Source: a virus | Lineage: Duplodnaviria > Caudoviricetes | Virus record (IMG/VR): IMGVR_UViG_3300033067_000709 | Location: 1-30,510 of that record | Strand: one strand, 5' to 3' | Length of the DNA: 30,510 bases | Shown: in pieces, positions 1 through 9,035 of the stretch | Numbering within the stretch: position 1 is the stretch's first letter | How the letters are laid out: every line of letters begins with the position of its first letter | The notes under the pieces: generated by a model | What the model was told of the DNA's origin: nothing | Seen by the model: the letters and a program-made list of their open reading frames with translations, nothing else | Database searches by the model: none | Position numbers and translations under genes: made by a program

Positions 1-171
1 AAGATCATTGCCGTTCAATCTGGCAAGGCTGCTACAGGCAAATCAGAAGACGAAAACGAAATGGACCACGTGCGTTTCGTATGTGCTCCGGGCTCCGGAC
101 AATTCACCATGTATGCATTCGCCGATACCAGCGTTGCTGGCAAATTCCTAGTCAACTATACAGTAGGGTAA
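1..171 (+). CDS. 3' end of a hypothetical (probably virion) protein, truncated by the window start
   Basis: Frame 1 is open from base 1 (KIIAVQSGK...FLVNYTVG) to TAA at 169-171, 4 nt before the next ATG. Not in the ORF track. Confidence 0.65.
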   Translation, partial: KIIAVQSGKAATGKSEDENEMDHVRFVCAPGSGQFTMYAFADTSVAGKFLVNYTVG

Positions 172-175
172 ACCA

Positions 176-862
176 ATGGCTCAAATCCAAAGCGGCGCTA
201 GTGCGGACCTTCTTACGATCGACGCAACCTCAAAGGCTGCTCGTGCAACGCTGTACGATGCTAGCGGACGTGAGCTTAGGCCCGTCTCTACTGGATCGTA
301 TTGCCTAGGGTTTCAGGTTCGTCATACTACGGCTGCCGCCGCTGGTATTACTGTGCTGAACGTTCGTGGTCCGGCTAGTAAGACCGCGTATATCAAGCGC
401 ATTCACGGTATCGTAGGTTTCGATGGCACGGCTTTGGCCACGTCCGGCACGCTCCGATACGGCATCCATCGCGGCAATGGTGCTGTTAACTCTAGCGCCG
501 GAGGTTCGCGCGTAGCTCCGGATCCTAGCGAGGGTAAGAAGCGTGGAGCTTATCCTAGTTGGTCATTGCAAGAGTTTACGTATGACCTAAACGGAACCGG
601 ACTTACTACTACAGGCATCACATATGAGGCGCAACCTATGCACATTCTGCATATGCCGGTTGTGTCTACGCAAGTTGCTGCCGCCACTACTAGCAACTCC
701 CAAGGATGCTATCAGGCATTCGATCTGAATTTCGCTCGCCACAGCGGTCTAGATCAAGCCATCGAACTAGGCTCAAGCGAGCACCTAGCGATTCGTCTAT
801 TGACCGTTGCTGCAATCATCGGCCTAACAATTTCGGGCTCTATCGAGTGGGACGAACGCTGA
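176..862 (+). CDS. Hypothetical protein, Ala/Thr/Gly-rich, possibly virion structural
   Basis: 228-aa ORF, tightly packed, phage-typical codon usage; no recognised motif. Confidence 0.7.
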   Translation: MAQIQSGASADLLTIDATSKAARATLYDASGRELRPVSTGSYCLGFQVRHTTAAAAGITVLNVRGPASKTAYIKRIHGIVGFDGTALATSGTLRYGIHRGNGAVNSSAGGSRVAPDPSEGKKRGAYPSWSLQEFTYDLNGTGLTTTGITYEAQPMHILHMPVVSTQVAAATTSNSQGCYQAFDLNFARHSGLDQAIELGSSEHLAIRLLTVAAIIGLTISGSIEWDER

Positions 863-864
863 AC

Positions 865-870
865 TATCCT
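865..870 (+). promoter_or_regulatory. Putative -10 element TATCCT of a leaderless transcript
   Basis: TATCCT-ggtagc-ATG(877); the same N6 spacing recurs at other gene starts. Confidence 0.55.
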
Positions 871-876
871 GGTAGC

Positions 877-1053
877 ATGGGCGAGCACGACACCCCTAAG
901 CTACCGGGCTGCAATGAAGGTGTGCATGCAGCTAAGGGATTTGATTCCCCCTGCATGCATTGCGGTGCGCCACCTCCGGCCAAGCACCCTAATAGGATTG
1001 TGAAGGTAGGCGAACGCTACCAGATCAAGCCCGGAGCCTACCTATTCACATGA
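877..1053 (+). CDS. Small Cys/His-containing hypothetical protein (58 aa)
   Basis: In-frame ATG at 877 within the 706..1053 ORF; C..H..CxxC; ATGA overlap with the next gene. Confidence 0.6.
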   Translation: MGEHDTPKLPGCNEGVHAAKGFDSPCMHCGAPPPAKHPNRIVKVGERYQIKPGAYLFT

Positions 1054-1943
1054 GCTACAACCCCTCCATTGAATTGCGCCCCTTCCTATGGGTTGCCTTC
1101 CCTTCCATGCTTGGAGGCTATGCTAAGATCATTGATCTTGCTAAGTCACTAGGCTTCGGAGGCATCGCGCCTCGCGCGGGGCAAGGGAATAGCGACGGGT
1201 CGTTTAGTCCCTCGCTTGACATGAAAGACGTTACTCGCATCGTTGACGCTGGACTAGAGTGCCATCCTTGGGCGTATTCGCGCGCGCAAGCTCTCGAGAA
1301 AGAGATTGGTTGTTACAAGCGCTGCTATGATGCCGGCGCTACCAGCACGATTATCGATGCGGAATCCCCGTGGGACGCACACCCGCAAGCTAAGTATTTT
1401 GCCGCCGTCTATGGAGACAGATTCCGTAAGGTGTGCGGCGATTCGGCTATTGTGTTCGACGCGCCCTGGCCTTGGATCGACTATCACCCTACCTATCCGG
1501 AGAAAGAGTTTCGGTGGGTGGACGGTCGCATGATTCAAGCTTACTGGACAGAGATTGGCGTCTCTGCTCGTGCATGCCTAGATCGTTCCTCCGCTATGTG
1601 GAAGGGTAAAGACGAGCGTGTGATGCCTATCGGTATCACTTACGGGCGTAAGGAAATCGCTAAGTGGGGTGGGCAGCAACTCCCCCCGGGCGAGATTGAC
1701 GCTGCTACGTGCTTGGCCGTCGCGCCCGAAGTGACCGGCGGTTGGTATTCGGCGGAAGCGGCCGGGCCCGGGGTGCTAGATGCGCTGGCCGGCGTTCTCC
1801 GGGCTTCGTCGGACCGGGACACCCTACCGGGAGGCCTGGACGAGACCCTCGTCTGTACGGAAGAGAACCTAGCAGAATGCGCACGCTACTACTCCGCTAG
1901 TGCGTCGCGCTTTGCTTCCTACGCGCTTTCGGTGTTTCCGTGA
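1050..1943 (+). CDS. Putative endolysin, glycoside hydrolase (GH25-like TIM barrel)
   Basis: PWAYS, IIDAE (DxE catalytic-like) and QAYW motifs; followed by membrane-protein genes. Confidence 0.55.
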   Translation: MSYNPSIELRPFLWVAFPSMLGGYAKIIDLAKSLGFGGIAPRAGQGNSDGSFSPSLDMKDVTRIVDAGLECHPWAYSRAQALEKEIGCYKRCYDAGATSTIIDAESPWDAHPQAKYFAAVYGDRFRKVCGDSAIVFDAPWPWIDYHPTYPEKEFRWVDGRMIQAYWTEIGVSARACLDRSSAMWKGKDERVMPIGITYGRKEIAKWGGQQLPPGEIDAATCLAVAPEVTGGWYSAEAAGPGVLDALAGVLRASSDRDTLPGGLDETLVCTEENLAECARYYSASASRFASYALSVFP

Positions 1944-2017
1944 GAGCAGAGCCCTATATTGCTTTCGTGTTTCTGTTCCTAATCGGGTTGCTCGCTTGGA
2001 GATCCGACCATGAGTGA
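1940..2017 (+). CDS. 25-aa single-TM peptide (MRAEPYIAFVFLFLIGLLAWRSDHE)
   Basis: GTG overlaps the upstream stop (GTGA); fills the gap and overlaps the next start; hydrophobic core. Confidence 0.45.
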   Translation: MRAEPYIAFVFLFLIGLLAWRSDHE

Positions 2018-2540
2018 TCCTCTAGTTCTAGCCGGCTTCGGACTTGCGCTAATCGTTCAGACGGGCGGATTCGCTTTCGCGTTCGGGCGAGTGTCAGGCA
2101 AGGTTGACGAGGGGGAAAAGATCGTCAACGAACTAAAGGCGTCTCTCGAGAAAGAGAGAAAGGAACGCGAGGAAGCCGTTAGAGCGGAGCGACTAGAGCG
2201 AGAGAAAGCAGACAAGGAACTAGAGCACACCTTTGCGTCTGTCATGTCGGAGATCCGTAAAGAAGCCAAAGAAGCGGCGACTAGTTCCAACTCACATCAG
2301 GATCGACGGTTGAACGCGGTGGAGGAACGTATCGAGAAACTCGAAACCGACTTGACAGAGCAACTGCATAAGGGTTTCGAGAAAATGGAAGGTGTGATTT
2401 CTGGCTTGACGCATAAGGTGTCAGAGCAAGCCATGCTCATGCAGCGTCTAGAGCTAAATCAATCTCGAATGAGCCAAACCCACATGCAGGCAATGAGGGA
2501 CTCCGGTCACCGTCTAGATCCTCGCAAGGAACCGGGCTAG
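2010..2540 (+). CDS. N-terminal TM plus coiled-coil protein (holin-like or inner-spanin-like)
   Basis: Hydrophobic first ~25 aa, then an E/K/R-rich helical region; adjacent to the putative endolysin. Confidence 0.55.
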   Translation: MSDPLVLAGFGLALIVQTGGFAFAFGRVSGKVDEGEKIVNELKASLEKERKEREEAVRAERLEREKADKELEHTFASVMSEIRKEAKEAATSSNSHQDRRLNAVEERIEKLETDLTEQLHKGFEKMEGVISGLTHKVSEQAMLMQRLELNQSRMSQTHMQAMRDSGHRLDPRKEPG

Positions 2541-2543
2541 GCC

Positions 2544-2549
2544 TATCCT
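2544..2549 (+). promoter_or_regulatory. Putative -10 TATCCT, followed by a short leader with an AAGGA RBS
   Basis: Intergenic gccTATCCTacccgAAAGGActacaccATG(2568). Confidence 0.45.
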
Positions 2550-2567
2550 ACCCGAAAGGACTACACC

Positions 2568-2903
2568 ATGGGAATGCCTACCGGATATGAGCCGCACGCT
2601 GCTACCGCTAACAAGGATCAAGCTAGCGCCGCTACTAGCGGGACAAATGCCACGACTGGCATTACCCTTGCCGGAGCTCCGGAAGGCCTAGTGAGTGTTT
2701 TCTTGGACGGGCTCCGTATGGAGCTAGGCGACGGAGTAAAGACCAAAGACTTTTACTTCTCGTCCGATACCGGAACCACGGCAAAGGCCCTAGCTAACGT
2801 TCGGAAGGGTGACACCCTTTATTGGACTAAGTACCGGGAGACTTACAATCTCTCTACCGCTAACAAGATCTCTCTGCACTACACCACGCTTTCGGGAGTC
2901 TAA
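2568..2903 (+). CDS. Hypothetical virion structural protein
   Basis: 111 aa, Thr/Ala-rich, VFLDGLR beta-rich motif typical of virion accessory proteins; good RBS. Confidence 0.65.
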   Translation: MGMPTGYEPHAATANKDQASAATSGTNATTGITLAGAPEGLVSVFLDGLRMELGDGVKTKDFYFSSDTGTTAKALANVRKGDTLYWTKYRETYNLSTANKISLHYTTLSGV

Positions 2904-2905
2904 CA

Positions 2906-3526
2906 ATGATCTGTTTCAAGGCAATCAAGCAACTCCCTACGGCTCGAAACGTTGTCACGGCTAACGTGGCAAGCCTTGCGGCTTTCACCGTTGCTGGTAA
3001 CGACGGTGTTACCAATATCGAGGGTGATACCGTCATCCTAACTGCACAGACGACCGGAACACAGAACGGCCCTTACGTGGTCGGCGCAGTGGCCGGAGGT
3101 ACCGCAACCCTTACGCGGCCGGATTGGTTTCTCACTGGAGACACCTTCGTACCTGGACTCAAGTCCTCTATCTATGTCACGGATGGAACTATCTTCTCTG
3201 GTACGTGGTGGGACTCTAAGAAGACTGCTAGCGGAGTGGTTGGCACGGATGATCCGCTGTACTACGTCCGTCGCGTCACCGTCGCCGCCGTCCTAGTGGC
3301 CGGTACCGTCACGGTCGCGACGATCCCGCTGTTCAGCGCGACGAAGTCTAGCGTGCAACTCCAGTTGGTCACGCCGAATACCACGACGTCCACCACTAGC
3401 TATTCCACTCCGACCCTTACACCGGGCAAGATTGGTACGGCTTCGATCGTAGCTCGCGCGAACGTGGCAGCCGGAACGATCAACAATGCGGACGTCTCTA
3501 CGCTAGCACTAACCGTCCAGAACTAA
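2906..3526 (+). CDS. Virion fibre/decoration-type protein
   Basis: VTANV...DGV...GDTVILTAQT...NGPY...TR.D motif, widespread in phage fibre/structural proteins. Confidence 0.65.
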   Translation: MICFKAIKQLPTARNVVTANVASLAAFTVAGNDGVTNIEGDTVILTAQTTGTQNGPYVVGAVAGGTATLTRPDWFLTGDTFVPGLKSSIYVTDGTIFSGTWWDSKKTASGVVGTDDPLYYVRRVTVAAVLVAGTVTVATIPLFSATKSSVQLQLVTPNTTTSTTSYSTPTLTPGKIGTASIVARANVAAGTINNADVSTLALTVQN

Positions 3527-3538
3527 AGGGAATAGGCA

Positions 3539-3820
3539 ATGCCCGCATACGGAACGGCCACTCTAGCAGCGTCGACCAATAAGCAACTAAGCGCGGCGGC
3601 TGCTCAGTTGCCGTCCGGCCGTTGCCGTATGCGTTGCATCGTCACTAACCCGTATGACAGCGGGATTGTCGTGGCCATTGGTTCCGACAATACCATTACC
3701 ACTGCTAAGGGTAAGCCCTTGCTCCCGGGAGAGTCTTGCGCGTTCTACGTGGGCAACTCTAACGAGCTATGGGCCATCGCTGCTAGCGGTACTCCGACGA
3801 TCGCAATTTTCCTAGAGTAA
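3539..3820 (+). CDS. Hypothetical small beta-sandwich structural protein
   Basis: 93 aa, G.PLLPGES motif, operonic spacing. Confidence 0.6.
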   Translation: MPAYGTATLAASTNKQLSAAAAQLPSGRCRMRCIVTNPYDSGIVVAIGSDNTITTAKGKPLLPGESCAFYVGNSNELWAIAASGTPTIAIFLE

Positions 3821-3822
3821 CA

Positions 3823-5721
3823 ATGAAGCACCCTTACATGGGTTCCGAGCCGCTCGGGTTGCCGCTATGCATGCGTAGCGTCGACTATTCATTGCTCCCT
3901 GTTGGGGCGATGGCTGGCCGGACGCTTCCGGGAGGGCGGACCTACACGCAGCTCGCGGGGGCGAACCAGCTCGAGGAGACGGTGCAGACGAGCGCGAGCA
4001 CCGTCGCGCGCTGGCCGTTCGTCGCGAACCTGCCGCGCATTGGGCTCTTGGCCGATGGCGGGATCGGGCTCGTGCTCGAGCCGCCGAGGACGAACATCCT
4101 GCTCCGCTCGACCGAGTTCGACAACGCGCAATGGGCGAAACTCGGCGGGTCCAACGTCAACGCGAACGCGACAACGTCTCCGACCGGCGCGAGTGATGCT
4201 GACACGAGCACGGCCGGCGCAGGCTACTGGCAGCAGGGGCAAGCGTGCTCGGTGTCGGTGCCGTACACGGGTAGCGTCTACGTGCGTGGCGATGGCGCGG
4301 TGTCGCTGGGGCTCCGGGTCACCGACACGTCCGACGGTGCGCCAACCACCAACGCCACTTTCGTGTTGTCTACCTCGTACCAGCGTCTAGCCGTAACGCT
4401 GCAAGGCGACGCGACGATGGCGCAGGCAGGCATACTGATCGGCCAGCCTGTCAACTTCCAGGGGGGCCACAGCTATGCGATCTGGCAGGGCCAGACGGAG
4501 CAGGGCCGGTACGCAACAAACCCGATCATCACCGCCGGCACGGCGGCGAGCCGCGCCGGCTTCCGCGTCACGACCCCGCTCTCGCGCTACGTGCGCGGCG
4601 GCGTCTTCCGCGCGGTGCTGACGACGGTGCCGCACGGCGCGGCGACGGAGTACGACGGCGACAGCGCGACGATCCGCCTCTGGACGATCGACGCGAACAC
4701 CTACGCCGAGGTCAACACGACGACGCGCGTCCTCACCGTGAGCGTGAACGGCGTCGCGCGCGTGGCCGGCGTGCCGCTGTGGTGGCTCCGCGGGCACCGC
4801 GTGCAGTGGTCCTGGGAGGTCGGCGGGGGCAACCTTCGCGTGCGCTACCGGTACTCGACGGACCAGGGCGCGACGTGGACGCTCCCTTTCGATCCGTTCG
4901 GCGGGACCGTCTACTCGGACAGCGCGATCTCGACGGCGAGCAGCACGATCGACCTGTACTCGGACAGCGGCTCGTCGAAGTGGTGGGGCACGGGCGTTGT
5001 CAGCGAAGAGGCCATCATCACCGCGCCGGCGTGGGCGCTGCAGTTTTTGCCCACTGCCGACGCTGCTGTGCAGGCACACCTACGCGGCGAGGCCGCATAC
5101 GTGCTCGCTGGCAGCACCGTGTCGTCGATCGGGTCGCAGGCCGCCACAGCGGGGCTCGGGTGGGCACAGGCGGCGGGTGCAAGTCAGCCGAGCGTCGCCA
5201 CTTCCGGTGGCAAGACGTACCTGTCATTTGACGGATCAAACGACTACCTCTACGGCGCCGCAGCCTCTTCGTACGCCGGAGCGAGCGCAAAGACGGTGTG
5301 GATCGTCACCAGGATTCGCAGCGTCACGCTCAATGGTGCGGCCTCGTACAACAATCACATGCTGGTCGGAGACGGCGGCGCGGGCGCTCTATGGGGCGCT
5401 TACACCAAGGTCGGCCCGCTCGCCATCGGATACAACTGGGATGGCACGGACGATGGTGTGACCGCCAGCGTCGGCCTCGCCGCGTGGACGTGGCTTCGCT
5501 ACCGCCACGACGGATCCACGGTCTATCTGTCCGTCGCCGGAGGAGCCGAGGTGACCGTCGCGTCTGGAGCTACGTCCTCCATGGCTGGAGTGTTGAGCGT
5601 CGGCGGGAGAGCTTCGGGCGCGTGGGCACCCATCGACGTGCAGGATGTGATCATCGCCAACAGTGCCACCGTCGGACAGCAGGCTGCGATCGATGCCTAC
5701 TGCGCGCAAAGGGTCGCCTGA
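3823..5721 (+). CDS. Fibre/spike protein with carbohydrate-binding-like and C-terminal LamG/ConA-like domains
   Basis: GLVLEPPRTNILLRSTEF (head-spike-fibre-like), WQGQTEQG..AT.PI.T and LSFDGSNDYL (LamG-like) motifs; 632 aa. Confidence 0.7.
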   Translation: MKHPYMGSEPLGLPLCMRSVDYSLLPVGAMAGRTLPGGRTYTQLAGANQLEETVQTSASTVARWPFVANLPRIGLLADGGIGLVLEPPRTNILLRSTEFDNAQWAKLGGSNVNANATTSPTGASDADTSTAGAGYWQQGQACSVSVPYTGSVYVRGDGAVSLGLRVTDTSDGAPTTNATFVLSTSYQRLAVTLQGDATMAQAGILIGQPVNFQGGHSYAIWQGQTEQGRYATNPIITAGTAASRAGFRVTTPLSRYVRGGVFRAVLTTVPHGAATEYDGDSATIRLWTIDANTYAEVNTTTRVLTVSVNGVARVAGVPLWWLRGHRVQWSWEVGGGNLRVRYRYSTDQGATWTLPFDPFGGTVYSDSAISTASSTIDLYSDSGSSKWWGTGVVSEEAIITAPAWALQFLPTADAAVQAHLRGEAAYVLAGSTVSSIGSQAATAGLGWAQAAGASQPSVATSGGKTYLSFDGSNDYLYGAAASSYAGASAKTVWIVTRIRSVTLNGAASYNNHMLVGDGGAGALWGAYTKVGPLAIGYNWDGTDDGVTASVGLAAWTWLRYRHDGSTVYLSVAGGAEVTVASGATSSMAGVLSVGGRASGAWAPIDVQDVIIANSATVGQQAAIDAYCAQRVA

Positions 5722-6077
5722 TGCCCTCCGTCATCATCCCCACCCGCACCGCCGCGCAGCAGCTCTGCGACGACCTCGCGAAGCTCCTCGGCCTGCCCGA
5801 CCCCGCGCGCTACCCCGGAACCGAGCGGTGGGCCGAGCCTGTGCCGCTCGCCGTCCCTGTCCCTCGGAAGGGTCTGCTAAAGGACGCACTAGACGACCTA
5901 CAGGGCGCTAGGAAGGCTGCGAAGGTCTCCGCCCTTACAGACGACCAGACAGACCTAACGGGCGCGGTACGTGTCAAGGTAATCGGAAAGCTGGCCCTGG
6001 ACGAAGTGCTAGCGCAAATCGATACCGCTCGGAAGGTGCAACCGGAAGAGTGGCAAATAACGGAGCTACCCAAATGA
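5721..6077 (+). CDS. Hypothetical protein (118 aa, MPSVIIPT...)
   Basis: ATG at 5721 overlaps the fibre stop (TGATG); 3' part of track ORF 5298..6077. Confidence 0.65.
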   Translation: MPSVIIPTRTAAQQLCDDLAKLLGLPDPARYPGTERWAEPVPLAVPVPRKGLLKDALDDLQGARKAAKVSALTDDQTDLTGAVRVKVIGKLALDEVLAQIDTARKVQPEEWQITELPK

Positions 6078-6337
6078 CTAAGCTAGGTAACCTATGGACC
6101 TTCCTACTTGCGTGGTGCTACGCGCATCCGACCGTGACGGCACTTGTCGTGCTTCCCCTAGTGTCCGCGCTTTGCAATTGGGCGCTCGCGTTTTTCACCG
6201 GACCCTATTGGCTCGATCTGCTAGACCGCTATCCGCGCGTTGCAGCTATCTGCAAGCTACTAGAGCACGCGGGATTCTCGCCAGTGAAGTTCGTTCAATG
6301 GGCCAAAGTCCTAGTGACTGGCAAGCTAAAGGCCTGA
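6074..6337 (+). CDS. Membrane protein, possible holin
   Basis: ATGA overlap at 6074; hydrophobic segment VTALVVLPLVSALCNWALAFF; basic C-terminus. Confidence 0.55.
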   Translation: MTKLGNLWTFLLAWCYAHPTVTALVVLPLVSALCNWALAFFTGPYWLDLLDRYPRVAAICKLLEHAGFSPVKFVQWAKVLVTGKLKA

Positions 6338-6386
6338 GCTCCGGCCGGGCTAAAATTCGATTCATGAAAGGCGAGTGGTGATTCAC

Positions 6387-6728
6387 ATGTCCGAAGAAAG
6401 CACTAAGGCCGACATTGCTAAGCGTACCGAGCAGATTGCGGCCGGGCTTCCTCCGACCACTGCGATCGGTTACACACCCGAGGAAGCGGAGCTATCCCAT
6501 GCTATCGCCGTGGAGGGCGCTTCCGCTCTACGCGCGATCGAGCAACGGATCCAAGAGCTAACCCCCTCGGATGCTGAACTAATCCTAGCGACCATCGCGG
6601 ATAAGCTTCCGCTGCTAGGGCCGGCGTTCAAGCTTCTAGGCTTGCCTCACGCGGATAAGGCTGCCGAAGGTGCGAAGCTACTCAGCGAAGCCCTGGACGT
6701 TGCCAAGCGGACGCTAGGCCTGTTCTAA
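6387..6728 (+). CDS. Hypothetical protein (113 aa)
   Basis: ATG at 6387; upstream TAAAAT at 6351-6356; strongly CTA-biased Leu codons. Confidence 0.6.
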   Translation: MSEESTKADIAKRTEQIAAGLPPTTAIGYTPEEAELSHAIAVEGASALRAIEQRIQELTPSDAELILATIADKLPLLGPAFKLLGLPHADKAAEGAKLLSEALDVAKRTLGLF

Positions 6729-6736
6729 CCCGCACC

Positions 6737-6742
6737 TATCCT
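6737..6742 (+). promoter_or_regulatory. Putative -10 TATCCT upstream of the tail sheath gene
   Basis: Intergenic accTATCCTagtccgtAAAGGGAGcacctagcATG(6766). Confidence 0.45.
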
Positions 6743-6765
6743 AGTCCGTAAAGGGAGCACCTAGC

Positions 6766-8106
6766 ATGTCCGTTGACACCATTGTCTCTGTCAGCATTAC
6801 GCGAAAGACGAAGTATCCGAGCCGCAAGGGTTTCGGTACGGCCATGCTGCTCGTCTCTAAGGTCCCTACGTCGTGGGGTACTAAGAAGAAGGAGACTTAC
6901 GGTAACACCCTGACGGAGCTTACCGACGACGGATTCCTAGTGACGGATCCGGCCTACCTCATGGCCCAAATCCTCCTAGCCCAGAATCCAACGATCAAGT
7001 CTTTCAAGGTGGCAAAGCGCACGCTACCTCCGACTAAGTCTATCAAGCTAACGGTTACCAACAATACCGAAGGCTACGTGTATAACTTCAAGGTCAATGG
7101 GACCGCGATTACGTACACCGTTCCGGCCGCGCAGACCACTACGCAAGTGGCCACTGCACTAGAGCTACTAATCGAAGCAGTGACGGATATCACTTCTTCG
7201 TCCGCCGTCAACGTTATCACCATGGGTGCCCCGGCCGGTACCTTGATCGACGTGGAGAACTGGATCGGTACTGACAACGATGTGCCCGGCGGCGATAGCG
7301 GGATGCTTCTAGAGGACGCGACCACCGATCCGGGCATTGCCACGGACCTTGCGGCCGTCTATGCCATGGACTCCGATTGGTATGCGATCGTTGTTGACAG
7401 CATGGGAAAGCTAGAAGCGGCGGCAGCATCCACGTGGGCGGAAGCTAACAAGATCCTGCTAATGGTCGACGCGGCCGATAGCGAGATCTGGGATTCCGGC
7501 GATACGAACGATGCTGTTTCGGTCGCCAAAGCCGCAAGCCAATTCCGGACTTGCTATTGGGTGTCTAACACGAAGCTACTTCACTGGACTTCGTGTGGAA
7601 TTCTAGGGAGCCGTCTAACCAAGGATCCCGGTTCGGATACTTGGAAATTCAAGACTCTGTCTAACGTGACTCCAGGACAATTCACGGAAGGCCAGAAGAC
7701 GGCCATCCACAATAAGAACGGCAATACGTATACGACCGTTGGAGGCCTTACTATCACAGAAGAGGGTAAGACCGCCGGCGGAGAATTCGCCGATATCATG
7801 CGGTTTAGCGATTGGCTGCAAGCGGAGATCCAAACGGACGTGTATGCTACGCTAGCGAACGCTGAGAAGCTACCCTTTACGGATGCCGGTGCAGACGTGC
7901 TAAAGGGTGTCGTTAGCAGCGTACTAAACCGCGGCGTCAAGGTCGGAGGCCTAGCCAATGATCCGGCCCCCTCCGTCGACGCTCCGCTAGTGGCTACTGT
8001 GTCCGCCGGCAATAAGGCTGCCCGTAACTACCCTGACATTACCTTCCTAGGTACGTTCGCAGGGGCGATCCACTTCGTCGGTATCAGTGGCACCATCGGC
8101 GTCTAA
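6766..8106 (+). CDS. Contractile tail sheath protein (DUF3383-like)
   Basis: 446 aa; IVSVSIT..GFGT, PGSDTWKFKTL, EG...GGEFADIMRFSDWL, KLPFTDAG and GAIHFV motifs. Confidence 0.9.
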   Translation: MSVDTIVSVSITRKTKYPSRKGFGTAMLLVSKVPTSWGTKKKETYGNTLTELTDDGFLVTDPAYLMAQILLAQNPTIKSFKVAKRTLPPTKSIKLTVTNNTEGYVYNFKVNGTAITYTVPAAQTTTQVATALELLIEAVTDITSSSAVNVITMGAPAGTLIDVENWIGTDNDVPGGDSGMLLEDATTDPGIATDLAAVYAMDSDWYAIVVDSMGKLEAAAASTWAEANKILLMVDAADSEIWDSGDTNDAVSVAKAASQFRTCYWVSNTKLLHWTSCGILGSRLTKDPGSDTWKFKTLSNVTPGQFTEGQKTAIHNKNGNTYTTVGGLTITEEGKTAGGEFADIMRFSDWLQAEIQTDVYATLANAEKLPFTDAGADVLKGVVSSVLNRGVKVGGLANDPAPSVDAPLVATVSAGNKAARNYPDITFLGTFAGAIHFVGISGTIGV

Positions 8107-8124
8107 GGAAAGGACTGAAGTATC

Positions 8125-8562
8125 ATGGCCAAGATTTACGACGCCGATCAAGTCACTCTGTCTACGTTTGGGTTTCTAGTCGATAGCGGTTTCGCGGACG
8201 GGGAATTCCTGTCTATCGAGCACCTCCAACCGCGCCGCACTAGCAAGCAAGGTACCGACGGGGAAATCGTTACCAGTAAGACGACGGGCAGCGGCCGGCC
8301 TAAGCATGGAAAGATGACAGTCAAACTCATGCAGACGAGCGACGGCAATAGCAAGTATGCCGCGGTCGCAGAGATTGACGATCGAACCCCGAACGGTGCG
8401 GGCGTGGGCCCGTTCCTAGTGCGCGATCGTAGCGGTACGATGCTCATGGCCGGCAATTGCTGGATCGAGGAAGTCCCTAATCCTACGTTCGATCGCGAGG
8501 CTACCCCCCGTGAATGGGTGCTAGGTCTAGAGATTGAATTCGAGTTTCAGGGCGGTTCGTAA
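8125..8562 (+). CDS. Tail tube protein (DUF3277-like)
   Basis: YD..QVTL, GFADGEF, G.DGE, LMQTSDGN and REW motifs; directly after the sheath. Confidence 0.85.
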   Translation: MAKIYDADQVTLSTFGFLVDSGFADGEFLSIEHLQPRRTSKQGTDGEIVTSKTTGSGRPKHGKMTVKLMQTSDGNSKYAAVAEIDDRTPNGAGVGPFLVRDRSGTMLMAGNCWIEEVPNPTFDREATPREWVLGLEIEFEFQGGS

Positions 8563-8564
8563 TC

Positions 8565-8573
8565 TGCTAGGGT
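8565..8573 (+). promoter_or_regulatory. Putative extended -10 (TG-n-TAGGGT), leaderless
   Basis: TGcTAGGGT-ggaagc-ATG(8580). Confidence 0.5.
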
Positions 8574-8579
8574 GGAAGC

Positions 8580-9035
8580 ATGGACTTTCACCACCTCCGT
8601 CAATCTCGCACTATCGGCCCCCTCACCTACCACGTAGAGCCTCTAGGGTTCCTGGACGGGCGGAGGGGGCTTGTTCGTCTGAGCAAGCTCCTCGGGCCTG
8701 CCCTGACAGCCCTAGGGAGTCACGAGGGAAAGGTTACCGAGCAAGCCCTAGCCGGCGCACTAGGGGCCCTCGTGACCAACCTTACCGACGAGGATCTAGC
8801 CTACTTTCAAGCGCTGTTCGAAAAGCGTTCCGAGGTAGAGTTTCCGGATGGAAAGAAGCCCCTAGTAGGAGACGCAATCCGTAGCGGACTCTTCGGAGGG
8901 CAGCCGGAAAAGGGCTCGCTACTGGACTACTTCGCATGGCTTGCGTTCTGTCTGCAAGTCACTTATTCGGATTTCTTCTCCGCCCTAGGAAGCGTAAAGG
9001 GAGAGATCCTAGGGCCGGGGAAAGTGTCTCCCTAA
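8580..9035 (+). CDS. Tail assembly chaperone
   Basis: Lies between tube and tape measure; ends ...YSDFF..., typical of these chaperones. Confidence 0.75.
   Translation: MDFHHLRQSRTIGPLTYHVEPLGFLDGRRGLVRLSKLLGPALTALGSHEGKVTEQALAGALGALVTNLTDEDLAYFQALFEKRSEVEFPDGKKPLVGDAIRSGLFGGQPEKGSLLDYFAWLAFCLQVTYSDFFSALGSVKGEILGPGKVSP

Noticed and set aside
3889-5720. Many long alternative-frame ORFs within the fibre gene, including the 5' part of 5298..6077
   Set aside because: Arg-rich products expected from stop-poor high-GC DNA.
3823-5721. Diversity-generating retroelement or invertible fibre cassette
   Set aside because: No reverse transcriptase, invertase, template/variable repeat pair or flanking inverted repeats seen by eye; a self dot-plot would confirm.
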